Shown here: piece after piece, positions 1-8,834 of the stretch
Layout of the letters: each line of letters begins with the position of its first letter
Numbering within the stretch: position 1 is the stretch's first letter
From: an uncultured archaeon
GTDB taxonomy: Archaea; Asgardarchaeota; Heimdallarchaeia; Heimdallarchaeales; Heimdallarchaeaceae
NCBI GenBank assembly: GCA_964534625.1
Contig: CAZHRF010000010.1
Span: 41,430-73,429 of the forward strand
DNA: 32,000 bases
Direction of reading: 5' to 3'
The notes under the pieces: model-generated
What the model was told of the DNA's origin: nothing
The model's input: only the letters and a program-made list of their open reading frames with translations
The model's database searches: none
Translations under genes and position numbers: made by a program

Positions 1-424
1 TACCGTAAAAAGATATGCCTCTTACAACATTTTCAAATAAATACTGCGAATGCTTGGAACCAAGGTTCCCAAATCGGATAGCATCTAAAAGTGCAATCGG
101 CTTACATCCCTGAGACAAAACATCACGAATAATCCCGCCTACACCTGTGGAAGCACCATCATATGGGCTGATGGCGGAAGGATGATTATGGCTTTCTAAT
201 GCCAATCCAACTAAGGAATTATCACCTAAATTAATGATACCTGCCCCCTCACCTAACCCTAATTCTAAATGACGAGCTGACGTATTGAAAACATGGAACC
301 ATCGTTTTGATGATTTATATGAACAATGTTCTGACCACATAGCATCTAATATTGCAATTTCAGCTCTATTTGGTGCTCTCTTAAGTATCTTTACCACTTT
401 TGCATGTTCTTCACTTGTTAACAT
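1..424 (-). CDS. purL: FGAM synthase II (PurL), N-terminal 141 codons; the gene runs off the left edge of the window
   Basis: Not in the ORF track because it is truncated. Hand translation of the minus strand from the ATG at 424-422 gives MLTSEEHAKVVKILKRAPNRAEIAILDAMWSEHCSYKSSKRWF...LALESHNHPSAISPYDGASTGVGGIIRDVLSQGCKPIALLDAIRFG...VRGISFYG. WSEHCSYK, ESHNHPS and GVGGIIRD are classic small-PurL motifs. The ATG overlaps the purQ stop (ATGTTAA). Confidence 0.9.
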   Translation of the reverse strand, partial: MLTSEEHAKVVKILKRAPNRAEIAILDAMWSEHCSYKSSKRWFHVFNTSARHLELGLGEGAGIINLGDNSLVGLALESHNHPSAISPYDGASTGVGGIIRDVLSQGCKPIALLDAIRFGNLGSKHSQYLFENVVRGISFYG

Positions 425-1107
425 TTTAATGTCTCCTTTAAATTACTAAATATAACTCGCCCATCTATTCCCCTTAGATAGTTGAAGCTTGCTCGCTCAG
501 GATGAGGCATCATACCCAGTATATTTCCAGTTTTATTTGTTATTCCAGCGATATTTAATAAAGAACCGTTAGGATTGGATTTAGAGGTTATTTTTCCTTC
601 TTCATCACAGTACTGTAAAATTATTTGGTGATTTTTTTTCAGAGATTCAATGTTTCGTTTAATATCATAATAATTTCCTTCATAATGTGCTATGGGGAGT
701 TTGAGAACCTCGCCCGCTAAATTTTTTAATAAAGGAGTAACTGTTTCATTAACTCGAATATTTACCCATTTTGAAATAAATTTTGTTGAGGTGTTAGTTA
801 GTAATACACCAGGTAAAAGACCAGCCTCACACAACATTTGAAATCCATTACATATTCCCATAACTACTGATCCGTTCTTAGCAAACTCAATAACTCTAGT
901 CATTAACTGAGAATGTGCTGCTATTACACCAGGTCTAAGATAATCACCATAAGAAAAACCACCAGCCAATACTATTGCATCCATATTAGAAACAAGATGA
1001 GATTCGTAGTGTGGAATATAAACAACTTTCATATCCAAGTCATGTAGTATCCTCGCCACATCTTGTTCATTATTGGTTCCAGGAAATTTGGTTATTCCAA
1101 TTTGCAT
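418..1107 (-). CDS. purQ: FGAM synthase I, glutamine amidotransferase subunit (PurQ)
   Basis: 229 aa. Class I amidotransferase triad is present: GICNGFQ (Cys nucleophile) and MPHPERA (His/Glu). It sits between purC-purS and purL, 27 nt after the upstream gene, with a GGTGA Shine-Dalgarno-like element just before the ATG. Confidence 0.92.
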   Translation of the reverse strand: MQIGITKFPGTNNEQDVARILHDLDMKVVYIPHYESHLVSNMDAIVLAGGFSYGDYLRPGVIAAHSQLMTRVIEFAKNGSVVMGICNGFQMLCEAGLLPGVLLTNTSTKFISKWVNIRVNETVTPLLKNLAGEVLKLPIAHYEGNYYDIKRNIESLKKNHQIILQYCDEEGKITSKSNPNGSLLNIAGITNKTGNILGMMPHPERASFNYLRGIDGRVIFSNLKETLKC

Positions 1108-1134
1108 TTAATTCACCATACATCCACATTTAAT

Positions 1135-2118
1135 TCATTCTTCAAAGACTACTTCCATTTCAAAGTCTTCAATTAAAGGATTGGAGAGGATTTCCTTACA
1201 AATTTTTTCTGTCTTTTTGACTAAGTTATCCGATGGAACTTCTGTGAACTCTAATAGAGCACACTTACCAAGTCTTACCAGCTCCAGATTTTCATATCCT
1301 AAACGCTTTAATGCTCTGTGAGTTACCTCACCAGCTGGATCAAGAACAGAGGATTTCAAGGTTATGGAAACAACTATTTTAGTCTTGAGATCTAAAATAA
1401 ATGGTTTAATCTCACTTAGTCTATTATTTATTTCATCATAATGCTTAATTACATCTCCCAAGTTTTTCCTATATCGATCTTTATCTTTTATCTCACCCGT
1501 TTCTTTTTCCCATAAACGCATAGAATCAGCAGAAATTTCATCAGCAAGAACTAATCGCCCATCATTAGTTATACCAAATTCCAGTTTGAAATCAACCAAT
1601 TGTAATGAAATTTTATTAAATAATTCAATCAATATTTTATTTGTTGCCCGAGTTATAGCTTCCATAAGCATGGCTTGCTTTTTATTAACCCATCCTAGTT
1701 TAATAGATGCTTCTTTATTTACTAGCGGATCATGTAATTCATCATCTTTATAGAAAAATTCTATCAATGGTTCTGGGAAATGTTCTCCTTCTTTAATTCC
1801 ATATCTTCGGCAAAAACTACCCGCAGTTATGTTTCTACAAACTACTTCTACAGGTAATATGTTAACATAATCACAGATTAAAGAGGTTTCAGATAACTTG
1901 GAGATATAATGGGTAGGAATACCATTTTTTTCTAATAATTCAAATAATAATACAGTAGTCTTACAATTTGCTCGACCTTTACCTTCTAATTTATCTGTCT
2001 TTTTTCCATCAAATGCAGTAATTGAATCTCTAAAAATCAATTCAACTTTCCCATCTTCTCTTACAATAACATCTTTTGCTTTTCCTGAGTACTTTGTCAC
2101 TAATAACACCTTTTGCAT
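1135..2118 (-). CDS. purC: SAICAR synthetase (PurC) fused in frame to PurS (FGAM synthase PurS subunit)
   Basis: 327 aa. Residues 1 to about 235 are PurC-like (IFRDSITAFDG, VEVVCRN, LVDFKLEFG, LADEISADSMRLW). Residues about 245-327 match the PurS pattern (VVSITLKSSVLDPAGEVTHRALKRLGYENLELVRLGKCALLEF...ILSNPLIEDFEMEV). There is no stop codon between the two parts. Confidence 0.9.
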   Translation of the reverse strand: MQKVLLVTKYSGKAKDVIVREDGKVELIFRDSITAFDGKKTDKLEGKGRANCKTTVLLFELLEKNGIPTHYISKLSETSLICDYVNILPVEVVCRNITAGSFCRRYGIKEGEHFPEPLIEFFYKDDELHDPLVNKEASIKLGWVNKKQAMLMEAITRATNKILIELFNKISLQLVDFKLEFGITNDGRLVLADEISADSMRLWEKETGEIKDKDRYRKNLGDVIKHYDEINNRLSEIKPFILDLKTKIVVSITLKSSVLDPAGEVTHRALKRLGYENLELVRLGKCALLEFTEVPSDNLVKKTEKICKEILSNPLIEDFEMEVVFEE

Positions 2119-2140
2119 TACAATGTAAATTGTTCTTTTT

Positions 2141-2155
2141 GTGAATTTGTGAATT
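2141..2155. repeat. Tandem GTGAATT(T/C) repeat between a TATA-like box (2166-2176) and the purC-purS start codon
   Basis: GTGAATT occurs at 2141-2147 and 2149-2155, 23-37 nt upstream of the purC-purS ATG (2118, minus strand). It is a candidate operator. The repeat itself is seen directly; its function is not established. Confidence 0.4.
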
Positions 2156-2194
2156 CAAATGAGTTGTATTAATAAACTTTACGGCTCAGAAGAA

Positions 2195-2251
2195 AAAAGC
2201 ATAAATAGACGACAAAAAAAACAACGGGTCAAATATTCAGAAAAGCATAAA
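2195..2251. repeat. Two exact copies of AAAAGCATAAA (2195-2205 and 2241-2251), plus a degenerate third copy (2254-2266), in the pur divergent intergenic region
   Basis: Read directly from the sequence. The exact copies are 46 bp apart, in the 244-bp region between purC-purS and the HTH-PRT regulator gene. Confidence 0.4.
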
Positions 2252-2276
2252 AGAAAAGCAATAAAAAGGAAGAATT

Positions 2277-2318
2277 TTGCAAAACCTTGCAAAAAACGAA
2301 TCCCTATGAACCTATGAA
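2277..2318. repeat. Short tandem direct repeats: TTGCAAAA x2 (2277-2284, 2287-2294) and CCTATGAA x2 (2303-2310, 2311-2318)
   Basis: Read directly from the sequence. They lie 45-85 nt upstream of the regulator gene start (2363), so promoter or operator elements are possible. Confidence 0.35.
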
Positions 2319-2362
2319 AACCAAACCAATAACTTATTAGTTATTATATCTATTGCTTAGAT

Positions 2363-3133
2363 ATGCTACCTGAAAGTGTAATCGATGCTCAAGAGAAAAT
2401 TATGGCAATAACTTTACTACAAATGGCTTTTAAAAAACAGGATATGACACTTGAATCTATGAGCAATTTATTAGAAAAACAAGGGATCTCTCTATCTGTT
2501 GCAAACATATCTCGATATGTCAGGGGAAAAGCACTACCAAAATCAAAATTAAAAGACGAATTACTCAACTTTTTTGTGGAAAATAAAAATTTGGAGTTAA
2601 ATATCTCACATCTCATTGAAAATCATATTACAGTTATTTCAAGAGAATCTAAGACAACAGTAATTAATAACACCCATCTATTAAATGACTCTAACACACT
2701 TCAGATAATACTTTTTTCAGCCATATATCAAGGAATAATCCCGAGGGAAATAAATAAAGTCATTACATCTGAGGTTGATGGAATACCTGTTGCTATGACT
2801 CTTGCACATCTACTTAATGTTGATGGGGTATATGCCAGAAGAAAAAAACCCGTTGGTACTACAAAATTTATTTATGAAGATATTGAATCAACAAGTTCAA
2901 GCAGAATCGAAACTATCTTTTTTCCTGATAAATTCATAAGACCAAAAGAAAAAATTTTGATAGTAGATGATATTATTCGATCAGGTGCAACACAGAGAGC
3001 ACTAATTAATCTGGTTAGAAAAGCGGATGCCATTCCCACAAAATGTTTGGGTTTAATAGGTATTGGAGAACAGTGGAAAGAGATAACAGAATTAAAATCT
3101 GTGCCCTTTAAAGTCCTAAAGGTAATATGTTAA
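2363..3133 (+). CDS. Putative transcriptional regulator: N-terminal helix-turn-helix plus C-terminal type I phosphoribosyltransferase (PRPP-binding) domain
   Basis: 256 aa. The HTH-like segment is LESMSNLLEKQGISLSVANISRYVRGKALP. The canonical PRPP loop is KILIVDDIIRSGATQRAL. The gene is divergent from the purCS-purQ-purL operon. The architecture is analogous to Bacillus PurR (DNA-binding domain plus PRT fold). Confidence 0.7.
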   Translation: MLPESVIDAQEKIMAITLLQMAFKKQDMTLESMSNLLEKQGISLSVANISRYVRGKALPKSKLKDELLNFFVENKNLELNISHLIENHITVISRESKTTVINNTHLLNDSNTLQIILFSAIYQGIIPREINKVITSEVDGIPVAMTLAHLLNVDGVYARRKKPVGTTKFIYEDIESTSSSRIETIFFPDKFIRPKEKILIVDDIIRSGATQRALINLVRKADAIPTKCLGLIGIGEQWKEITELKSVPFKVLKVIC

Positions 3134-3203
3134 CGAAATGATAGCAATTAATACCAGCAAAATGTTTTTTTAGTATGATGATTAATGGTTCTTGGTTAGG
3201 TCT

Positions 3204-4100
3204 ATGAATCCTTATGAAAAAATGTCATCTAATCTCCATCAAAGTGTTTTAGCTCTTATACTAGGTTTAATCTTTAGTGCGCTTTTGATACCTGTTTTTG
3301 CAATCAATCCAGACCATATCAATAATGTGTTAATTTTAGTAATATTTGCGGTTCCACTGTTATTTATTGTGGCTCTTATTGCCATCTCAGAGTGTATTTA
3401 TTGCTATAAAGATGATGTTGATCTTGATAGAACCCTAGCCATGATAGGTCCTATGATGAAATCACTCTTTCTATCCATTCCTGCAGTACTCTTATATAGC
3501 GCCATAATTATTATTTTAAAAGCCTTAATTGAAGAGTTTGATAAAGCTATAGAACCTATTTTTTCAGAAGTAATACAAGGAGTAGACCCTATTGTTGCTA
3601 TTCCTATTATTAACTTTTTACCAATTTTTGTGATGATCACCGCTTTACCATTCATATTGTTCTTATATGGTAAGATACATGTATTAATCTGGGGAGAAAA
3701 AGAATCAAAGGAAGAAATGAAAAAATCCGAAAAAGAAAGGCAGGAGAAGACTTACCAAGAGAGACTAGAATCCGTATTAAAAAATTATAATACGCACATG
3801 AGGCAACTCAATTTATATGCAATGCAGATCCAAACAATACCAGATGAGATAGAACGAGTAAATGATCCAACCAAATATAAGAACCTCCATATGCGATTAG
3901 TAATGATGCGAGATTATGTATCTTCTATCGAAGTGAATACAGAAACAAAAAGTTATCAAAGGATAAAAGAGGAAGATAAAGTAAAAAGTAAGATAGAACA
4001 ATTTGAGAAAATAAAAAGTACACTGACAAAACTGATTAAGGAAAGTATAGCTACACTTGAAGAAGATAAAAAAGAGTTCAAGCCTAGTGATGATGATTAA
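3204..4100 (+). CDS. Hypothetical membrane protein: about 4-5 N-terminal TM helices plus a long charged C-terminal coiled-coil region
   Basis: The ORF track begins at TTG 3192; the first ATG is at 3204 (MNPYEKM...). Hydrophobic stretches extend to about residue 165. The rest is a K/E-rich heptad-like sequence (KESKEEMKKSEKERQEKTYQERLESVLK...KSKIEQFEKIKSTLTKLIKESIATLEEDKKE). I recognise no family motif. Confidence 0.65.
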   Translation: MNPYEKMSSNLHQSVLALILGLIFSALLIPVFAINPDHINNVLILVIFAVPLLFIVALIAISECIYCYKDDVDLDRTLAMIGPMMKSLFLSIPAVLLYSAIIIILKALIEEFDKAIEPIFSEVIQGVDPIVAIPIINFLPIFVMITALPFILFLYGKIHVLIWGEKESKEEMKKSEKERQEKTYQERLESVLKNYNTHMRQLNLYAMQIQTIPDEIERVNDPTKYKNLHMRLVMMRDYVSSIEVNTETKSYQRIKEEDKVKSKIEQFEKIKSTLTKLIKESIATLEEDKKEFKPSDDD

Positions 4101-4345
4101 TTTCCTCTTAAATAATGTGAGCAACAGGTGTTCCTGTCATCAAATCATTTATTTCTTTAAGTATTCCAATAATTTAAAACCCGTGTGTGTATTCAATAAT
4201 TGATTTTCAGACAAATTTATAACCACAATAATAATTAGTCATTGGGTAGAAAAAACTGAATGAAAAGAACAAGTTAGTTGAGTGGTTATCAATTATAGCA
4301 GAAAGATTATACATAAATGAGAGAAGTAAAGCAGCCTTACTCCTC

Positions 4346-5560
4346 ATGTCAATCATTGCCATGATCCCGTTATCAATCTTTGGTGCATATGTTGGTCTCT
4401 TCTTGGAAGAGATTGGAACAATAAACATCATAATTGGATTTGTTTTGGCAATGCGCAATATATTTCAAATTTTCTTACGTGTTCCTATGGGCAATTTTTC
4501 ACAGATTATTGGAAGGAGACCATTGCTTCTTAATGGTGTGTTCTGCTACTCATTTTCTTTATTTATTTTGTTTTTTTCTTCTCATTGGATTTTTGTGTTA
4601 ATCGCAGTTTTTTTCTTGGCGTTAGGTATGGCGAGTTATTGGCCTGTACTCTTTTCCTATATTGGTGATATTGAGAAAGAAAATATAGGTAATGTTCAAG
4701 GCCGAGTGTTCCAAGCCAATGATATAGGAACAATTATTGGATCCATTTTTGCTTATTTGTTACTAGAAAAATCAGGTGTAGGATTAGAACATCTGTTTGG
4801 TTGGGGAGCTCTAATTGGATTTGTGGGTGTAATAACTCTTTTTTATTTGCTTCCTGAAACACTACCTAAAGAACAACGATATCAAGTTGATTCTAAAATA
4901 TTGGCACTTCTCAATTCTTTTGTATCAATGCTCAGAACAGTATATAAGACTTCGAAAAACAAGTCGTTAGGACTTATTTACCTTTTTCAGCTGGTTATAA
5001 GTTTCTTAGAATATTTCGTATCATCATTCTTTCCCTTTCTAATTGTTTTTAAAGGGTATTCTAAAGGGGTAGTAGCCCAAATAGTGTGGATAACAGCTGC
5101 ATCATTATTGTTTTTCAAACCTTATTTTGGTGGGCTTATTGACAAATTTGGGGTTAAGAAGCCGCTTAGTATTAGTTTAATCTTATCTGCATCTGCTGTT
5201 TTTCTTCTCATTACTGTTGATTCACTTCTTTTTTTGATTCTTATCTATATGCTCTATAGTGCAACAATATTAACTTGTTATTTAGGAGTTAATACAGGTA
5301 CCACTTTAGCTTCTTCTCAAAAAGACAGAGGGATGGCACTAGGCACACTTGGTTTTTATGTTTCTTTAGGTAGATCTGTTTCAACAATAAGCTTATCGCC
5401 TCTGTGGGGTCCATTGGGTTTGGAAATGTTATTTGTATTAACAGCCCTTTTTGTGATTTTAACATCAGTGCTCTTATTATTTTTATCAAGAAATGTTACT
5501 ATCGATAGTATGAAGGAAATCCAATCCATAATGAGACAAGAAAGCGATAATAACAGTTAA
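4346..5560 (+). CDS. Major facilitator superfamily transporter
   Basis: 404 aa with about 12 hydrophobic segments in a 6+6 layout around a central loop. An MFS loop 2-3 signature is present (GNFSQIIGRRPLLLNG). Substrate unknown. Confidence 0.8.
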   Translation: MSIIAMIPLSIFGAYVGLFLEEIGTINIIIGFVLAMRNIFQIFLRVPMGNFSQIIGRRPLLLNGVFCYSFSLFILFFSSHWIFVLIAVFFLALGMASYWPVLFSYIGDIEKENIGNVQGRVFQANDIGTIIGSIFAYLLLEKSGVGLEHLFGWGALIGFVGVITLFYLLPETLPKEQRYQVDSKILALLNSFVSMLRTVYKTSKNKSLGLIYLFQLVISFLEYFVSSFFPFLIVFKGYSKGVVAQIVWITAASLLFFKPYFGGLIDKFGVKKPLSISLILSASAVFLLITVDSLLFLILIYMLYSATILTCYLGVNTGTTLASSQKDRGMALGTLGFYVSLGRSVSTISLSPLWGPLGLEMLFVLTALFVILTSVLLLFLSRNVTIDSMKEIQSIMRQESDNNS

Positions 5561-5636
5561 ATCCATTTGTTCGCAAATTCTTTACTTTTGCTTTTTAAGA
5601 AAAAAATGTTAAAAGAAAAAAGAGATTACACTGATT

Positions 5637-6296
5637 TTAAGACTTTTTATAAGCTTCCATTATTTTCTCTACAAAATGCTCTTCTGGGACAGCGCCTTCA
5701 AAAGACACTTTACCTTGATTAACTACAATCCTAGGTACTCCCATGACATGAAATTTATTAGATAATTCTGGGAATTCTTGTGCTTCTATCATTTCTCCAA
5801 TTATATTATTATTAGCCATTGCTATCTTATGCGCCATTCTTACTGCGCCAGGACAATAAGGGCATGTGGGTGTAACAAATACCATTATATGCATGGGTTT
5901 ATCTATTTTCTCAATTTTCTCTAAATTTTCTTTTTTCAAAGTTACACGCCCGAGAGAGAGATCAATAATATCTTCAATAATACTCCCAAATTCATATCCT
6001 GAAAATATTCCAGAAAATCTGATGTCTCTGTCATGTCCGCCATACAAGATTGTTGTGGGAAATCTTGTAACATGGTATTTTTTGAAGGTTTCACTGTCTT
6101 TTTCTTTATTATAGATCTGAAGATCGATTTTATTTTCTGGTGCTAAAGTTTTAATTAATTGTAAAATCTCTTCAGTTTGCTTACATGTTAAGCATCTCTC
6201 TTCTGATACAAAAAGTTTAATTGTTACAGTGTTTTGCATGTGCTTTAATAATTCTTCAACTTGTCTTTTTACATTATCTTCTATATCTAATGACAT
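5637..6296 (-). CDS. Protein disulfide oxidoreductase (archaeal PDO, two thioredoxin-fold units)
   Basis: 219 aa with two CxxC sites: CLTC in the N-terminal unit and the typical VTPTCPYCPGAVRMAHK in the C-terminal unit, followed by VMGVPRIVVN. This matches the Pyrococcus-type PDO/glutaredoxin-like architecture. Confidence 0.85.
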   Translation of the reverse strand: MSLDIEDNVKRQVEELLKHMQNTVTIKLFVSEERCLTCKQTEEILQLIKTLAPENKIDLQIYNKEKDSETFKKYHVTRFPTTILYGGHDRDIRFSGIFSGYEFGSIIEDIIDLSLGRVTLKKENLEKIEKIDKPMHIMVFVTPTCPYCPGAVRMAHKIAMANNNIIGEMIEAQEFPELSNKFHVMGVPRIVVNQGKVSFEGAVPEEHFVEKIMEAYKKS

Positions 6297-6520
6297 AAAT
6301 TACACTCTCTAATCACAAATTAAATACCTTTTTATGTATCAAAAATGTGAAAAATAACATATAAAACAAGAGAATATCCACTTTTTAGACATTATGATGA
6401 ACATATTGATGATATAAAATTTGCAGAAGAGATTAAATAGAGAGATGAACTACTCCACCCCAAGTGAGTGGGCATTCTGGCTAGTATAGGTAAAAAAATT
6501 GAAGAACTTCAAATCTTTTC

Positions 6521-7213
6521 TTATTCTAATATAATCCTAGCATCTATTGCCTTTATCCCTTTTTCTGTAACCATCAAAGGATTAAGATCTATTTCTTTAA
6601 TTATAGGGTTGTTTTCCACCAAGCCAGAGATGTTTAACATCAGTTCAGTTAATTCATTCATATCTATTGCAGGTTGTCCTCTAAATCCATGTAAAATTTT
6701 TTTCCCCGTAATTTCATCTACCATTTCCTCAACATCTTCTTTTGTAATAGGAATTAAGCGAAATGAAACATCTTTGTATACTTCCACAAATACCCCTCCT
6801 ATACCAAAGGCAATCATTTTACCGAATTGAGGATCAGTTGTTTGTCCAATTATTATTTCTACTCCGCTAACCATTTCTTCTATGCTTACACCTTCAATTT
6901 CAGCCTCAGGATAATTTTGCTTTATACTCTCCATCATATCGTCATATGATTCAACTAGTTGTTCTTCTGCACTAATACCTACTTTTACTCCACCGGCATC
7001 ACTTTTGTGAATAACATCTTCAGAAATAATTTTCAGAACTACAGGATAACCAATCTCTTTTGCTTTTTCCTTACATTCATCTATATTTTTTGCTACTGCC
7101 ATCTTATTGAGAGGTATATTAGCTTTTTTCATTACTTCACGTGATTCCTCATAAGTCAAAACCGTTCTATTTTGTTGCTTAATTTCATTTAATATATTAC
7201 TAATTTCTGGCAT
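6521..7213 (-). CDS. acdB: Acetate--CoA ligase (ADP-forming), beta subunit (ATP-grasp)
   Basis: 230 aa. ATP-grasp start motif GYPVVLKIISEDVIHKSDAGGVKVGI and C-terminal EIDLNPL. The start lies 2 nt after the stop of the alpha subunit gene. Confidence 0.88.
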   Translation of the reverse strand: MPEISNILNEIKQQNRTVLTYEESREVMKKANIPLNKMAVAKNIDECKEKAKEIGYPVVLKIISEDVIHKSDAGGVKVGISAEEQLVESYDDMMESIKQNYPEAEIEGVSIEEMVSGVEIIIGQTTDPQFGKMIAFGIGGVFVEVYKDVSFRLIPITKEDVEEMVDEITGKKILHGFRGQPAIDMNELTELMLNISGLVENNPIIKEIDLNPLMVTEKGIKAIDARIILE

Positions 7214-7215
7214 TT

Positions 7216-8655
7216 TTACTCGTCCTTTAGATTCTTTTTTCTCTTTTTTACCTTTTGTTTTCTAAGATATACTCCTCTATCAATTAGAGCTTTCATTGCT
7301 ACTATTGTTCGTTCAGGGGCACTCATTGTTGGTATTCCTTGATGATTTAACCATTTAAAAGCATCCAGGTGCTCCATTCCTACAAAAGAAGTCACCATTG
7401 GTTTTGTTGTGTTTTTTGCTACTTCCCATATAGCTTTGGCTACTTTAGCAGGTTCAGCTCTACTTCCAGGATTGAATAAGGGACATACTCCATGGACTTC
7501 AGGAGATTCAACCAATATCTGAAGTACATCTTTATATCTAATATGATCCGCGTCTCCAATGATATCAACAGGATTACTTTTACTCCATGTTGAAGGGCAA
7601 ATTTCATCAATTTTGTCCGTTGTATCGTTAGAAAGTTCAGCGAGTGTTAATTCTATATCAGCACACTTGTCAGCTGCTATAACAATCACACCCCCTGCAT
7701 TACTTACCAAAGCCACTTCTTCTCCCTCGGGGGGTAATTGAGTTGAAAATGCTTGTGCAACATCAAACAATTCAAACCATTCTTTAGCACGATACACGCC
7801 AGCTTGTTTAAAAGCTGCATCATAACTTGAATCGACAGTACTGATTGCTCCCGTATGACTTGAAGCTGCATTGGCTCCGTATTGAGTCCTCCCACTCTTA
7901 AGAACAACAATCGGAACACGATAAGTTAATTTTTTTGCCTCCTCATAGAAATTGCGCCCATTAGGCATGCTTTCTACATATAATCCTATACATTTAGTCT
8001 TTTCATCATGAGCAAAATAATTCAGTAAAGCTGCATCATCCACGTCAGGTTTATTCCCTATACTTACAAAATGAGAATACCCAATCCCAATTTTGTTACT
8101 GTGTAAAATTGCGGATATACATAAAGCCCCTGATTGACTCACAAAAGCTATATGACCCTTCTCGGGTGCTTCGTCGGCAAAAGTCCCATTAAAATTAATA
8201 TGGGGATTATATATCCCCAGACAATTTGGACCAATTATCCTCAGATTATATCTATGGGCAATGTCAACTATTCTTTGCTCCTCCTTTGTTTTTCCTACTT
8301 CAGCGAATCCCGCAGTAATAATTACTACAGACTTAACATTTTTTTTTCCACATTCTTCAACAACCCCTTCAACATATTTTGGGGGAACAACAATAATTGC
8401 TTGATCTACAGGACCCGGAATATCTAAAACAGTTTTATAGGCTTTATATCCCATAATTTGATCTGCTGTAGGATGAACGGGATAAATTTTTCCTTTAAAA
8501 CCTATTTTTGTATCTGCTCTTCCCACTTCGCCATGAACTAAATTATCAATCACACGGTTACCTATTTTATTGGGGGTAGGAGTAGCGCCAATTACTGCAA
8601 CACTTTCAGGTTCAAAGAAAGCCTTAATATTATCTTCAATTACCAATGAAGTCAC
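7216..8655 (-). CDS. acdA: Acetate--CoA ligase (ADP-forming), alpha subunit (CoA-binding plus ligase-CoA domains)
   Basis: 479 aa with a GTG start. Motifs: FEPESVAVIGATPTPNKIGN (CoA-binding), IGPNCLGI, and the phosphohistidine loop AASSHTGAIS. It has an unusual Lys-rich tail (RKQKVKKRKKNLKDE). Confidence 0.9.
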   Translation of the reverse strand: MTSLVIEDNIKAFFEPESVAVIGATPTPNKIGNRVIDNLVHGEVGRADTKIGFKGKIYPVHPTADQIMGYKAYKTVLDIPGPVDQAIIVVPPKYVEGVVEECGKKNVKSVVIITAGFAEVGKTKEEQRIVDIAHRYNLRIIGPNCLGIYNPHINFNGTFADEAPEKGHIAFVSQSGALCISAILHSNKIGIGYSHFVSIGNKPDVDDAALLNYFAHDEKTKCIGLYVESMPNGRNFYEEAKKLTYRVPIVVLKSGRTQYGANAASSHTGAISTVDSSYDAAFKQAGVYRAKEWFELFDVAQAFSTQLPPEGEEVALVSNAGGVIVIAADKCADIELTLAELSNDTTDKIDEICPSTWSKSNPVDIIGDADHIRYKDVLQILVESPEVHGVCPLFNPGSRAEPAKVAKAIWEVAKNTTKPMVTSFVGMEHLDAFKWLNHQGIPTMSAPERTIVAMKALIDRGVYLRKQKVKKRKKNLKDE

Positions 8656-8834
8656 CGAATTGAACTATGTAGGTAGTTTAAAGGCAATATAAAAAATATT
8701 CTACTAAACATGATATAGCCAGTCCAAATAAACTCTCAAAGATTAAAGAGAGTGAGGGGGAGGTGAATAAACAAAGGTAAATATTCAATTCCATAAGTTT
8801 TATATTTTTCTAAATTATCTCTCTCTTGAAAAAA

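Noticed and set aside
4250-4345. Possible upstream extension of the MFS transporter gene. The frame is open from 4250 and encodes ...ERSKAALLL before the first ATG.
   Set aside because: There is no ATG, GTG or TTG in that in-frame stretch. The protein from ATG 4346 already has 12 predicted TM segments and a normally placed GRR loop, so the annotated start is sufficient.
6394-6413. Two TGATGA (C-box-like) motifs that suggest a C/D box sRNA between PDO and acdB
   Set aside because: There are no matching CTGA D or D' boxes at the appropriate spacing, and no terminal stem. This is most likely a chance occurrence in AT-rich promoter DNA.
6468-6830. 120-aa plus-strand ORF overlapping acdB. The same applies to the 60-100-aa antisense ORFs at 7559-7741, 7704-7919 and 8134-8427 inside acdA.
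   Set aside because: These are shadow ORFs opposite well-supported acetyl-CoA synthetase genes. The sequences are Ile/Ser/Phe-rich with no recognisable domain.
8754-8766. The strong purine-rich element GAGGGGGAGGTGA as a Shine-Dalgarno sequence for an unannotated small ORF
   Set aside because: No ATG, GTG or TTG start codon lies within 5-12 nt downstream on the plus strand (the following sequence is ATAAACAAAGGTAAA). Its function is unknown, and it may be a promoter-proximal element of the acdA/hutU divergent region.
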